Positions 1 to 13,266 of a stretch of DNA of 64,000 bases are shown here, in pieces. The translations under genes and the position numbers were made by a program. The notes beneath the pieces were generated by a model. It saw nothing but the letters and a program-made list of their open reading frames with translations. It was not told the DNA's origin and ran no database searches. The stretch is taken from assembly GCF_035594765.1 (NCBI RefSeq), contig NC_085841.1, positions 229,059,326 to 229,123,325 of the forward strand, read 5' to 3'. The DNA is from Anolis carolinensis (Eukaryota). The first letter of the stretch is position 1. Each line of letters opens with the position of its first letter.

Positions 1-101
1 AAACATCCAGGCGTCCCCTGGGCAACATCCTTGCAGACGGCCAATTCTCTCACACCAGAAGAGACTTGCAGTTTCTCAAGTCGCTCTGGACACGAAAAAA
101 A
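1..101 (+). mobile_element. 3' end of an anole SINE (AnolisSINE2/ACASINE2-like, probable Vingi-type tail), cut by the window edge
   Basis: ggccaattctctcacaccagaa...gacttg-cagtttct-caagtc stem-loop, then ggacacg and an A-tail. Family name from recall. Confidence 0.65.
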
Positions 102-385
102 TTGAGTTAGTCAAGAAAAATAAGTATACATGTAAGAGAACTACTGTGGCTACTTACAATTTATTATAGTATATATTTGGGGTAGAGGAGGAAAATGTAA
201 ACAAAAAAAATATAACACAGGGATAATGGGGAATGTTAGAAAAGGCAAGCAGCTTCATATATTTTCAGTTACATAAAAGTACATATAAATGTAACACTTA
301 GTATTTTCCTAGAGGGTCACAGGAGTGATTACTGCTGAAAGATGAAGACAAGGTGGGGAAAAATTTAAGTTGGATAAGTACTTAC

Positions 386-484
386 CTCGTTTTTCAACCA
401 CATTTATGCACATTTTAACAAACTGAGGAACTGTGGAGCCTTCACGTTCACAAACTTTGTGCAAATGGGAACCAAATATTTGAT
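386..484 (-). CDS. ARHGAP15: ARHGAP15 coding exon (start of RhoGAP domain), 99 nt, phase 1-1
   Basis: gtttcttttag|ATCAAATA...AAACGAG|gtaagt. Translates (D)QIFGSHLHKVCEREGSTVPQFVKMCINVVEKR(G), also visible in ORF 309..554. Confidence 0.96.
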
Positions 485-2431
485 CTAAAAGAAACAAGGG
501 GGGGGGGGGGGAAGAGAAATTGATTAAAACTGGGTTGTTGCCCAAAATAAGCACCTGTAAAGCAGTAAGAAGCTGGTAAAGTTCATATTTCTCTATAAAA
601 GGTCCAATATAATTAAAGTTGCATACAACTGAAAGTCAAATAGTTCCTCATCAGTTGTCAACCAGACATGTGCCATTTCTTTTAGGTTTTGTTAGATCTC
701 CTACATACACAAAAAAATACCTTCTCTGTCTGAAAATACCTGTTCAGTTAAAGTTAGTTGTATTGCTATGGTGAGACCATTTGACTTCAGCTAAGTTAAG
801 CAAAGGAGCTGTGATGTAACCACTTTTACTTTACCTCTGACTTAATTTATCTTATAGTTCAACCTAAAGATGTGCATTCTTTTCTTTCTTTCTTTTAGCT
901 TCCTATGGTTTGAAGATAGGAAAAGGAAACATCTTAGTGGTTTCCCCCAGGCTCTAGAACTCAATTTCCAGAAAAGTTAGGCCCCATTTATACTGATCAC
1001 TCAGATAGCCAAATGTACTACAGGGCTGAGCTGGGGCAATGCAGGTCAAGGCTACCTTCATGCAGCTTTGCCCCACATTATCCAAAGACGGGGGGAAAGT
1101 CTGAATTCTGGCACAGAATTAGGGCCTGAGAGAACAGTTGGTTGTGGAACAACCTACATTTTTTTTCTACTGCCATCCCATGTTTCTTGGGCTTGGATTA
1201 CCTAGGGTCATGGGATGGCAGTTCCTTTGCCCTCACATCCTTTTGAGGGATGGATTGTCTACTAGAAGATGTTTCATATATTCATACCCATTGCAATATT
1301 TTATCTTAGTGGTATCACATACAGTGAGAAGACATGCTGAGAAGACAAGGGGGAGATGAAGGGGGTTTCCTCCCAGCACCCCTGGTTGACATCACTGCAC
1401 ACAATGGTGGACAAGTAGGAGCCATGTCATGGCTGAAGATACTATGACATAGGGGAGGGGGGGGGGCAGTTAGCAGCATGATGAAATACAATCATTCCAA
1501 GAATACATACAATAATCTACATAAAAACAATGAGAGAAGTGACGGGGAAGAATTGGATGTAGAGAAGAATAGTCATCCAGATACAGAAAAAAGGCTCTAA
1601 AAGATTCTAAATAGAGGTTGAGAAATTTGGCATTCATGAAGTCCAAACTTTTGGAATTTCCAGGGTGGGCATTTCAGTTTCCCATGACACTATAACAGCT
1701 TTCCCTATTTGTGCAGGTATTTTTTGCCTATCTAAACAATATTTCCTAAGGCTTATTTGTTGCCATTGGCAGCTTTAAGCTAAAATATGTTTGGACATAT
1801 AGTCCCACCCTTTTGCCTTTGGCAAAAGAACACAATGCGTAGTACTTCTGATAGGGTTATGCAAAAAATGGTAAGAGGGTCGTAAATTGTAAGCGTTTTG
1901 TTAAATCCATACTTACAACCTGATTTATGACTCACAGAGCCACCCTGCACCAAACACAAATGTATCAAAACACCCACCTCCAAGTTTTTGTAAAAAAAGT
2001 TCATTTTGTATGTCCTCTCTCTCTCTCTCTCTGTCCGCTTCCCTCTTCCTCCTTTACCCTATTACTCTCGTGGTGGTGGCAGGGCTGCTCTCCCTCTCCC
2101 TCCCTCCCACTCTTCATTGGCCTCCCCCTCGTGGCGAGCCACCTGCTCTGAGCTTGGGGTGAGCCATGCCCCTAATGGGGAGGGAAGCCCCACTGAATGC
2201 CTTCCACATTAGTGTTTCCTCTCACAAGAGAGCCTCAAGCCTTATGAGAGGTAGCTTTGATGTGAGAGTCCCACCTTCTTAAGCAGGGCAGGTACTCTTG
2301 CACTAGAGGTTTTTCATGAGGGCCTCTGTCAAGCATACGGTTTGCCCCAGGGCTTGCTTGTGTAAAGCTGGGCTGGGGATGGAGGAGAGTTGCCCCAAGC
2401 CCCACAGGGCCTCCTCCTCCAATAGATAGAG

Positions 2432-2542
2432 CAGTGGTTCTCAACCTGTGGGTCCCCAGATGTTCTGACCTTCAACTCCCAGAAATCCTAACAGCCGGTA
2501 AACTGGCAAAACATCTGGGAACCTACAGGTAGAAAACCACTG
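2432..2542. mobile_element. hAT (Charlie-type) MITE
   Basis: TIRs cagtggttctcaacctgtgggt / acctacaggtagaaaaccactg. Perfect 8-bp TSD agatagag at 2424-2431 and 2543-2550. Confidence 0.9.
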
Positions 2543-3602
2543 AGATAGAGCTTAGCTCTTGTAGAGTTTTTTTTTAATAATTAAAGGAAAATAATAATTA
2601 CTTTCTTGTCACTTTGTATTAGATATGACCTGGACCCCTTATATATTTTTCAAAGCACTTAAGAATTAAAATGTGAGGTCGCACAAATTTTGTAAATACA
2701 ATGTGGATTTTTGGAATCGTGCACACCTCTACTATCTTGTGACTTAAAATATAAGCATTAGTTACTAAGGTATGAGGGACTTCTATGTCCTTACTGGTGT
2801 CAATTAAATCCTTTCAGGGAAATAATTTAGTAACCATATTGTAATAGGTTCCAGTATTATAGTATTTACAATTACTCAACATCTCAAAACTCTATCTATC
2901 TTCCCAATTTCTACCCACATTTTGTACAATGTAGTCACCTGATCAATTACTATTTAACCCCCCCCCCCCCAAGTAAAACAGTTTGTATCTAGCCCTTGAA
3001 CATACCTTAAATTTGTGTTGTTTACAAAGGGAAATTATAGGCAACACAGCTTTTTTCGTGCTTCATAACATTAAACCGCTGGCTGGCTGGCTGGCTGGCT
3101 GAAGCATACATCACGAAGCATGTCAGCATAACTAGGTTAGTGCTCTCAGATTACAAATTGGCTTCATCCTGCTTCATTTCTGCTATATATTTTTGACAAA
3201 TTATGAAAAGAGTGCTCCTTAATGGGAACTTTGTCAGCAGAATCAAAATGAATCAAACCTATGAGGGAAACCATTCAATAGAAGCGCTTTAAAATGTTTA
3301 AACAATGTGGCTATAAGATCATCATTTAAACCAAGAGATAGTTTCCGCATACCTTTCCAGCAGAGCATGACACTTTGAAAATTGGTGCAGAGGCCTTTGA
3401 CAGTGCACTGTAATCAATGTTTCTTGGCAAAGCTTGAAATAATGCTAGGAGTGTGTGAAGAATTTACTATACAGTAACCTGTACAATGTTAAGAATTGGT
3501 ATATTCAGCATTAGATTTCCTCTCGCCTGGATTTTTTTTTAAATAGTTCACTCACAAAATATTGACTTTTTGAATTCTGGGGTCCTATCTAGGGAAGTTT
3601 TA

Positions 3603-3926
3603 AAAAGGTAAAGGTTTTCTCCTGACGTTAAGTCCAGTCATATCTGACTCTGGGGGTTGGTGCTCATCTCCATTTCCAAACCGAAGAGCCGGCGTTGTCC
3701 GTAGACACCTCCAAGGTCATGTGGCTGGCATGACTGCATGGAGCACCGTTACCTTCCCGCCGGAGCGGTACCTATTGATCTACTCACACTGGCATGTTTT
3801 CGAACTGCTAGGTTGGCAGAAGCTGAAGCTAACAGCGGCCGCTCCCGCCGCTCCCGGGGTTTGAACCTGGGACCTTTCGGTCTGCAAGTTCAGCAGCTCA
3901 GTGCTTTAACACACTTCGCCACCGGG
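3603..3926 (-). mobile_element. Sauria SINE, near full length
   Basis: tRNA-like head, core aacctagcagttcgaaaacatg and (ACCTTT)n tail. gggaagttt is duplicated on both sides. Confidence 0.92.
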
Positions 3927-4899
3927 AAGTTTAGGCAGCTGTAAATAGGCCCCAGAGAATCCTCAGATCATATTTGTGCTGAATCGGAATAGTTGATCAC
4001 ATGGTCAAGGAGAATAGCTGCTCTACTGGGGCAGAATACATCTGGGTGAGCTCCTAGTCATTGTGTGAAGTTTTGCAGACACAAGAATGGGATGCCCATG
4101 CAACCAGCATGAAGGAGGGGTGATCCCACCTTTCTTCTTCCTCATCATGCATCAGCAAAGGTGCAGGAAGAAGGAGGGGAGATTGTCTGGTTCCTCTACC
4201 TGTGTCACACCAGGGTGCACATGTGATCAGGAAGAAGGAGAGGGAATTGACCCCCTCCCTTCTAGCTGGTTGCACAGGCACCCATTTCTGATGTTAGGAG
4301 AGGTGTCCGTGATGGTCAGGAGCTTACATGGAGCTCCAAGGCCAGAAGGACTGGTTGAGATGGACACATCATCATATTCCAGTCCCTTTTCCTGCACTGA
4401 TGAGCACAGGGAAAAGGTGGTGGTGCCAGTGTCCCATCTAGACAGCAGATCAGGCTAATTCAGACCTGATCTAGCTGTCCAGACTGCCCCAAAGCCACAG
4501 AATACTCTGGAGTTTCCAGAAAACTTCAGAGTATCCTCTAATTTTGCCCTAAGTAAGGGAAAGGTGGTTTAAACACAAAAACACCCCCCAACCCATACAC
4601 ACACACATAACTTGGGATACTAATTGGAAGTAACTGTGCATCATGAAGACAGACAACCTTCCATTTGAGATGAGTCCACAGTTTTTGGAGAGTGTAGATG
4701 AGCCCTCAGTTCAAAACCCTCAGTAATAATGTCACAGTGCAATTCTAGACATTTAAACTAAGAAGTACATCTCCTTAAATTCATTGTAGCTTAAGTGCCT
4801 TGTAATAAGGTATAGGGTTGCAGTCTCTATGAAAGCAAAAGGCCAAATAACTGAGAGGAAAATTTGTGAATAGCTTTTACTAGTTGAGGTACCTGATGG

Positions 4900-5323
4900 G
4901 GTCACTAGAGAGAAGCTGGAATGTGTGGAGAGGCCTACAATCAGAATGGTGAAAAGTCTGTGAACCATGTTCTGGTTGATGAAGAATGGGTTTGAAGAAC
5001 ATAAGAGAACAGAGTGAGAATGGAAGATAAGAGTTCAAATATCTGCAGTCTGATAGGAAAATTGGAGGAAGCAAATTTACTGTTGCCCTAGAAGACAGGA
5101 TATGATCCACTGTATTCAAATTACAAGAAAACAAATTCCTGGTAAGAGGACTTTCTCAAATGGCAGTGGACTTTAATTAATTCTTCATTGGTTGCTTTAA
5201 CATAGAATTTAGACCAGGGATGCTTGCCATGAATTCCAGGGTTGATTGAGGGCGGGGGGGGGGGGGGGGGAGGGTTAGAAGATTTTGGCATCCCTTCTCA
5301 TTATTAGTTCTATGATTTTATGA
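4900..5323 (+). mobile_element. Old, degraded CR1 LINE 3' end
   Basis: Colinear but diverged relative to the young CR1 at 15561. Ends in ttctatgattttatga. Confidence 0.6.
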
Positions 5324-7332
5324 AATAATAGTGCCTGTTCATTGAGATCAATGATGAAATATGACTTGCATAAATAAAACAGTGATGTTTGTAAAAACAT
5401 TACATCAGACATTCCTGCATTTAGATGACCAATGCTTCTATTGTATGCCCTCTATCACTTCTGATAAACATGCTTTCAGAATTCTTTAACAGGTGCATAC
5501 TAATCTGCAGTAATCTTTTCTGTAATCCATTAAATTACAGTTCCCTAGACAAGATACTGGATCTTAGTGCTGATCTTCTCTACGTGGTATCATGAAAAGT
5601 TTAGTGCAAAACGATCAAATAGTATCCTCATGATTCCAAGATCATTTAGCCATGCCTCATTAATGGCCTTATCACATTGAGGTCGCCTATCTGGGGGATA
5701 ACGGATCAGTCCTGCCGCCTGGCTCCCCCATTGTTGTCTATGCAACACAGGAAGTCTCCCATGTTGCCGGTACTGCCCCCTGTGACACATGGACCTCACT
5801 TCAGGCATGGAGCCCTGCCAAAAGTAGACTGATGTCATGTGATGGGATCTGGAGGGCCCTGTGCCTCAAGAGAGGTCTAAGATTATTTGGAGGTTGTGTA
5901 TAATGTTTCCCTCAAAATCTCTGTAAAATTTTATGCTACACTGTCAAGGATCAATTGGACTTTTTACTTCATGGCTTATTTGATTGCTTTGATCACTGTT
6001 TAATTTTGCATTTTGTTGTCGTATTGTTTTGAATTTGGCTACATTTATTCCTTATGTTCCTGTGATATCTCTTAATTTGGCCAATTCAACTTTCATTGCT
6101 TAGATTCTCTGTTGACCTCATCACACTAGAGCTTGGATCCACTTTAAATCCACTTTAAATTCACTTTAGTAAGGGGGCTTTAAACAGCTCAGCCAGACAA
6201 GTCCTGGGCCTCACCAAACTACAAACCCCAGAATTCTGCAGGAGGCAGAAACTGCATTTAAAGTGGATTCATGCTCTAGTGTGATGAGGCAATGTATTAG
6301 GCTACTTGAATGTTCATTGGAAGTTAAGGTATAGAGTACAAGCCAAGGTAAGTACTTAAAATGGACTCTTAGTGACCATCTTTGAAGCATCACATGACAA
6401 ATTTGCCTTCCTAAGAGAGTCCTTATACCTTTCTGGTGATGGGTGCACTTTTGGGCATGTCCTTGTGGGAGACTGACAAGTGTCACAACAAGGATTAATC
6501 AACTCTACAATTGCCCACCATGTGGAACCTCATCTGGGTACCCAGTTGGGGATTTTGACTATGACAGAACATGATGATGTATTGCCTTATATGTGCCCTT
6601 GAATTGAGGTGTTTATCACCAAATTACCCTTATGGGATGATATCTGGTAGTGCATTGTTTGATGCTAGCAAAGGAAACTATTGTTCACATTGCAAATTGG
6701 TTTAATTTAAATAGAATTAAGTTCATATTTAAATCTGAATTTGCTATTCTGTCTTCATTTCTTAGTTGGAAATGGGGAAATTTGGTAATATGAGAAATGG
6801 AGATCTGAATAAATTAATTAAATACATTCCATATTTCAGAGATTGTAAGTAGGACACATGTGGCCAAGCAATATTAGAGGGTGGTCAAGATGGCAAAAGA
6901 ACAGACAAATTAGGAGAAGTTGCAGCAGTTTGGTTTTGGCCAAGAGCACAATGAAATTTAAGAGTCATCCCAAAATCCTATCCTTCCCCCTCCTAAGTTT
7001 ATTGAGTACAGTCTACTTTTACAGGTCAAACTTAATTTGCAGCAAGTGAAGTGAGCAGATGACAGAGGAGAAAAACTGGGAATTTTAAAAAGCAGCTGAA
7101 AAAGTGGGACAACAGAGGATTAATCTGGATTCTCCCTGCCAAGATTGGACATTTGGATAGTATGCACTCCAAAAGAATTCCATATTTAACTCTTACTGTG
7201 TCAAGGAATGAAGTGAAATATATTTACAGCAAAGTATTTTTTTTTAGAGTAACTGTCCCAGGAGAATGAAAAATCCAGAAACACTTTGTTTGATTTTATG
7301 AATATAAGGGTTTAACTTTTACACACAAAAAT

Positions 7333-7405
7333 ATAGAATCACAGAATAATATAGATGGGAGAGACCACATGGGCCATCTAGTCCAACCGTCTGCCATGCA
7401 GGAAA
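7333..7405 (-). mobile_element. CR1 extreme 3' end fragment
   Basis: atagaatcacagaat...tgggccatctagtccaacc is the reverse complement of the CR1 terminus. Confidence 0.7.
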
Positions 7406-7791
7406 GGCCTATAGGAAGGAAGAATTGGTAGTGGTGTGTAAAGAAGTACACAGACCTCCTAAACTCCTGTTATGGCATTTTATGTTTCCAATCCAGCTTA
7501 TTTAGCTCAAATGTCTGGGAAATAGACACAATTACCACCTTATGGAATGCTACTTAAATTTAAATGCTCCCCTCTGAATATAAATCCGCTTTGTCTTCTG
7601 AAAGTTTATTCCAGATTCTCAGGAATTGCTCCCTCTTCGGAAATGTTCTTCTTCATCATTTAAAAATTTAAAGTAATGAAATATTTTTATAGTAAAGAAA
7701 ATTCCCATACAAAGAGCTGTTTGCAAGAACTTGTTAAAAAAAGAAGAGGGAGAAAATAGAGCTGCATTCTATGCCCTTATACAGCTTTAAT

Positions 7792-7930
7792 NNNNNNNNN
7801 NNNNNNNNNNNNNNNNNNNNNNNNNNNNNNNNNNNNNNNNNNNNNNNNNNNNNNNNNNNNNNNNNNNNNNNNNNNNNNNNNNNNNNNNNNNNNNNNNNNN
7901 NNNNNNNNNNNNNNNNNNNNNNNNNNNNNN
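7792..7930. other. Assembly gap
   Basis: Run of N. Confidence 1.
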
Positions 7931-8540
7931 NAACCATAAGTCTACATCAGGCTGGTAACCCATATATCAAACACCGACAGTTAGTCAATATTGTAGTATA
8001 AAAAAACCCAACAGCCATTTTTAAGAAGAGCAGTATATTCACAACGTGTTCAGCAGCATGGTTCGCATTACAGGTTGCTGATATACGCACATAAAAACCA
8101 TCCATTAGCGGTAGTAATGGACATGACAACTTTGTACGTGGGTATAAAAGGAGATGCAAGGAAAGGATGGGATAGTCATTGTGAGGTTCTGGGGCATATA
8201 ATATGATGATTACAGCAGCAATGAATTGCCCATCCTCCTTAAGAAACCCCACAGAGTTTACAGGCATGACAGTTACAGGCAGGGTAACTCTTTACAAGTA
8301 ACATTAGTTGAGTCAAACCATAGCTTTCAGGAAATAAAAACTGAACACAACCTCTCCTCACCCCACATATACATATAAACGTCCTTTAAAAGCTGTTTCA
8401 TTTATATGGCTACCCCAAAACAGAAGTTGTGTGCTTTACAAAAGAGATCCGTTTTTTCTAGCTACAAAGAAAAGATGTTACAGAGTAAACTTAACCATAA
8501 CACATATGGAGAGACCCAGAATATTATATATGTATCCCCA

Positions 8541-8870
8541 GAGCCCCTGGTGGTGCAGTGGATTAAACTGAGTTGCTGAACTTGTTGACCAAAAGGTCAG
8601 AAGTTCATATCTGGGGAGCGGGGTGAGCTCCTGCTTTTAGCCCCAGCTTCTGCCAACCTAGCAGTTCAAAAACATGAAAATGTCACTAAAACAATAGGAA
8701 ATGCTCCTGTGGGAAGGTAATGGAGCTCCATCAGTCATGCCGGCCACGTGAACATGGAGGCATCTACGGACAATGCCGGCCCTTCGGCTTAGAAATAGAG
8801 ATGAACACTGACCCCCAGAGTCAGATACGGCTAGATTTAAAGTCAAGGGGAAACCTTTACCTTTACCTTT
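8541..8870 (+). mobile_element. Sauria SINE, full length
   Basis: gagcccctggtggtgcagtgg head with box A/B-like motifs and tail acctttacctttaccttt. TSD tatccc(c)ag. Confidence 0.92.
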
Positions 8871-9049
8871 ATCCCAGCATTCCTCATATGATGTTAGGAC
8901 TATGTACTGTACATGGGTTTATCCTGTCCATTCCTTTACACAAAATCTCAGAATAAAAGTTAGAGGATGAAATCTAATGAAATGTAAATAAGAATAGTCC
9001 CAGAGTCAAATAAGAAAACTGTTGAGCAATGAATCATACAAGTAACTAG

Positions 9050-9265
9050 AAACCACCCTATCAACAGCTTGAAAATACTCCACCTCCCCCAAAAAAACAA
9101 AAAAACAAAAAAGCAAACCTTGGTGTTGCCATTTTATATAAGGGACAGCATTTTATAATGCCATTACTGTAAATATAATGGGACTTGAGCATTCATAGAA
9201 TTTGATATCTGTGGACAGTGGGTGTTTCCTGGAACAAATCCCCCCAGGATCCCGAGGGCATGTAC
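9050..9265 (-). mobile_element. Tigger/MER2-like MITE remnant (related copies at 33361-33555 and ~42750-42930)
   Basis: Shared gacttgagcat(t/c)cat(a/g)ga(a/t)ttt motif. The 33361 copy starts ta|cagtaggccct. Confidence 0.6.
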
Positions 9266-10338
9266 TGACATCTTTAGATTGTGATTTTCATCATTATGAA
9301 TTATATAGTTAGTTGTTGTTACTGTGATTTCTATTTTTCTATTTTGTTTACTTTGTTTTTGTAGTTTGTCCATTTTCAAAGAACAAAGCAAGCAAGAAAA
9401 TACACAAATAGATATACATATGTTTTTGATATTTACCTGCACATTTCTCTTGACAACTAGTTAAGAGCAGAGATGTAATTTTACTTGTAAATTGTATGAG
9501 TAATTTTTAAAGGTTATGAAAATACCTATCCAACCCTTTTCTTTCCCATAGAGCGAGGGAGAGAAAGGGTAGGAGAGAGAAAGAGACAAAATAAACAATT
9601 TCTCAAGCCATTTAATTCACCTATAAAAATTAAATAGCTGCTTTCTAGGACATGAAATTTGGCCAACTCTTTCATTTTTAATCTGTGTCATTCTATTTTG
9701 CTACTTAAAAATGTTTTAATACAAGCCTGGAAAAAATTAACATTTAAAAGTGCTCTCTGTCAGGGTAAGCATTGCAACTGCATTTTCATAACATTTTAAC
9801 AGATTAAGGGATAAACCCTACTGAAGACAATGAGGGAACCTTATCAAATGAGCATTTCACATAGACTTACTGGAGATTGGAATTAAGCTCTGCTAACGAA
9901 TCTTAACTCATTTGCATGGCCAGAACCTAATCCTAATGAAGCTTCATGGTAGGAAATTAACATGCTTTTTCCTCTCATAAAAAATCCATTGCTACTAAAA
10001 ACCACTTTTTTGTTTTAAAAAGGCTGAGATTGTGTGGTGGAGCATCATGCTTCATGGCAGAGTGTGGGGCATACAAGGCACCTCTCCATGCAAGAAACAG
10101 TTCAGGCAAAGAAATGGGAGTTCTGAAGCAAGTCTGTCTGAAAACACATACATCTGTTTTTCCTTCAGAGACACATTAAAGGATAGATTTGAGTTATGCT
10201 AATGAACCTGGATTTGTTTGGAGGGATCATGTCTGATCCCTATGTAACACCAAAGGAGATTCATCAGAAACATTTTATTAAACTAAACTAAAATGCAAAA
10301 AAGAAAGAATCTAGAAATTAGCTATATAATTAACACAC

Positions 10339-10340
<2 letters not shown>

Positions 10341-10372
<32 letters not shown>
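10341..10372. repeat. (TG)n microsatellite
   Basis: Direct reading. Confidence 0.95.
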
Positions 10373-10373
<1 letters not shown>

Positions 10374-10517
10374 ATACCCCATGCAAATTGTGGTACTTGT
10401 GAGCAATGTGAGACATGCCCATCATAAGTACAACAGCCAGCTTTTGTATTATATTACAAGCAGACAGCAAAACCAAGAGGTTTTTTTTAAAGCAACTGGA
10501 GAGTTGCTTACCAAATT

Positions 10518-10995
10518 TATTTATTTATTTATTTATTTACAGTATTTATATTCCGCCCTTCTCACCCCGAAGGGGACTCAGGGCAGAACACATTATAACA
10601 CACATAGGGCAAACATTCAATGCCCATAAACACATCAAACAGAGACTGAGAGACACACGCAGAGGCAAGTTAACGTTCTTCTGAGGGGATGTTCGATTCT
10701 GGCCACAGGGGGGAGCAGCTGCTTCATCATCCACACTGACGGCACTTCCTCATTCCAGGTCGTAAATTAGTTAATCTTGCCTCCCCACTTTATAAGTGGT
10801 ACCTTATCTCCTACTTGATAGATGCAACTATCTTTCGGGTTGCTAGGTCAGCAACGAGCAGGGGCTATATTTTATTTATTTATTTATTTTTTTAATTGAC
10901 GGGTGCTCACCCCGCCACGGGCTGGCCTCGAACTCATGACCTCATGGTCAGAGTGATTTAAGGCAGCTGCTCAACAGCTGCGCCACAGCCCGGCC
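10518..10995 (-). mobile_element. tRNA-derived SINE with L2-type tail (long form)
   Basis: Head tggcgcagctg (box A) ... gagttcgaggc (box B). Tail tgagtccccttcggggtgagaagggcggaatataaat+(AAAT)n. 7-bp TSD ccaaatt. Confidence 0.85.
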
Positions 10996-11260
10996 CCAAA
11001 TTGAGGAATAAAGAGACCAGTTAACAGAATTGGAAAGAAGTAAGGGCAGTTTTATTAACTGTTACCTATTTAAATGTTTCTTGGTGAAAGGTAATCAAAT
11101 TTGGGGGAGCAAATTTGACACAGGAGCTGCTGGAGCAGTCGGTTACTCAGGACTCAAGCCCTCAACCTCCACAGGGCAAAGCACCAAAACCTCTGAGAGT
11201 AATCCCTGGTAAGCATGGCTGCTCAAAGGCCTAGCTAAGATATTGGAAGTCTAGTTAGAG

Positions 11261-11391
11261 CAGCGGTTCTCAACCTGTGGGTCCCCGGATGTTTTGGCCT
11301 TCAACTTCGAGAAAGCCTAACAGCTGGTAAACTGGCTGGGATTTCTTGGCATTGTCAGCCAAAACATCTTAACACAGGTTGAGAACCACTG
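11261..11391. mobile_element. hAT (Charlie-type) MITE, same family as 2432-2542
   Basis: TIRs cagcggttctcaacctgtg / cacaggttgagaaccactg. TSD agttagag / agctagag. Confidence 0.9.
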
Positions 11392-11787
11392 AGCTAGAGG
11401 GTGTAAGCCCCTGAGCTACTTTGGCCCCTAGTGAGGGCAAAGACCCAGAAACCAAGCCCAAGAACAGGATATTCATCCCAACACCAAGATCCCCTGATAC
11501 CCAGGGAAGTTCTAAACTCCCATCCAACACAAAATGTGCTAATATCATTGGATCACAGCTCCCCTAAAACCTGCTTGAAAAACCTACTTAAACATTGTCC
11601 TAAGCCAATTGTAGGGTAGGTAAAGTCTCCACTCCTCTCATAAAGGGAGGAGTTCCTGCCCAGTCCTGAAATGACCACTCAGGTTACACTGTGAAAGGAG
11701 GCGGGAGAGTGAGCTGAGAAAATTCAAAAGAGGAAGATAGGGTGCATGTCCTTTCAAAGATCTTTTATCTCAAAAACCCTATGATGT

Positions 11788-12117
11788 AAAAAAAGGTAAA
11801 GGTTTCCCCTGACATTAAGTCCAGTCGGGTCTGACTCTGGGGGTTGGTGCTCATCTCCATTTCTAAGCCGAAGAGCCAGCGTTGTCCGTAGACACCTCCA
11901 AGGTCATGTGGCTGGCATGACTGCATGGAGCGCTGTTACCTTCCGCCGGAGCGGTACCTATTGATCTACTTACATTGGCATGTTTTCGAACTGCTAGGTT
12001 GGCAGAAGCTGGAGCTAACAGCGGCCGCTCCCGCCGCTCCCGGGGTTTGAACCTGGGACCTTTCAGTCTGCAGGTTCAGCAGCTCAGTGCTTTAACACAC
12101 TTCGCTACCGGGGCTCC
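11788..12117 (-). mobile_element. Sauria SINE, full length
   Basis: Nearly identical to 3603-3926. TSD cctatgatg. Confidence 0.92.
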
Positions 12118-12299
12118 ATCCTATGATGAGACAACCCAAATTAGACAACTTCAGAAGATGAAACTCACAAGTGAGATAACATTCAACAAGCTACAGGGAT
12201 GCAGTAGAGAAGACCGACGAGCAGCATAGTGGCTAATGACAAAACCGGACTCAAGCTGAAAAAAGGTTCAGCTGTTGACTTACTCAGAAGTGAAAAGAA

Positions 12300-13260
12300 A
12301 GTCTGAAGCTGCACAACATGTATTATAGGAACTTGGGACATGAGAAGCATGATTCAATAAAATAAATGAATGCAATGTATAAACATTGAAATGCTTCCAT
12401 TGAGCATGCTAATATAGATGGGAAAGTGGCATTTTGAATTAATACACAGTGTTTTCAGGAAATGAAAATCTGAGAAGAAAGGGGGTGGCATTTATAGTGA
12501 GAGCACAAGGACAACTGAGGCAGAAGAGCCAGGGTGCCTCCCTATATAAGCAGTAGGTGGACTAGAGGGAAGAAGTCTTCCCTCTGGTCTGCCCACTGCA
12601 ACCAAATAGAGTAGAGAGAAGCCTCTCCCGATTGGATGACCAGGCCATGGCGCGCCGAGAGTACACATGGCGCAGGGTTCCCTGGAAAGAAGGAACTCTA
12701 GGAATTGGCAAGCAGAGGGACTGCCCGCCACCACAACTTCCTTGTCCAGCAAGTTGGACTGGGTATAAAATGCAAAGTCTCGCTGGATCATGTCAATGAG
12801 ATGTCAGGGAAAATCCAACAAAATAGCCTTACTCCAATTTTATACTCCAACTATAGGGGCAGAAGAAGAAATTATATAGCTCTATACTGAAGTCCTGGAA
12901 TTAAATAAGACTGTAATTATAGACAATTGGAATGCAAATGGCAAATAGAAAACAGTAAAAGATTGCAGGAAAATTTGACCCAGCATCAAGAAATGAAGCA
13001 AGGAGATATGCTGACTGAACAGTTTGTTCATTACAAACACACTATTCAAGCAATGCAAAAAGGAAATGTATATACATGATGGCCATTTTATCCATTTTCT
13101 CTGCAAAAGAAAAATCAGAAGCCAACTGTGGCACGGATTAAAGTTAAATAACACCAAACCAACCATCATGTCAAAAATCTACCTAAAGAATATCCCCATA
13201 GAATTTAAGGATAATGTGAAAAAAAGATTTGCACTATTATGCACTATTATAAATAAAAAG
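12300..13260 (+). mobile_element. Old degraded RTE LINE, endonuclease region
   Basis: Broken-frame remnants IIGTWDMRSM, GNENLRRK, GVAFIV and IIDNWNA, typical of the RTE AP-endonuclease. Confidence 0.6.
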
Positions 13261-13266
13261 CTCTTA

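Noticed and set aside
1852-2731. Possible old hAT element (tagggttatgca ... tgcacacctcta) hosting the 2432 MITE
   Set aside because: TIR match is imperfect and no 8-bp TSD was found.
11003-11690. LTR-like sequence around the 11261 MITE
   Set aside because: Could not define TG...CA ends with a TSD.
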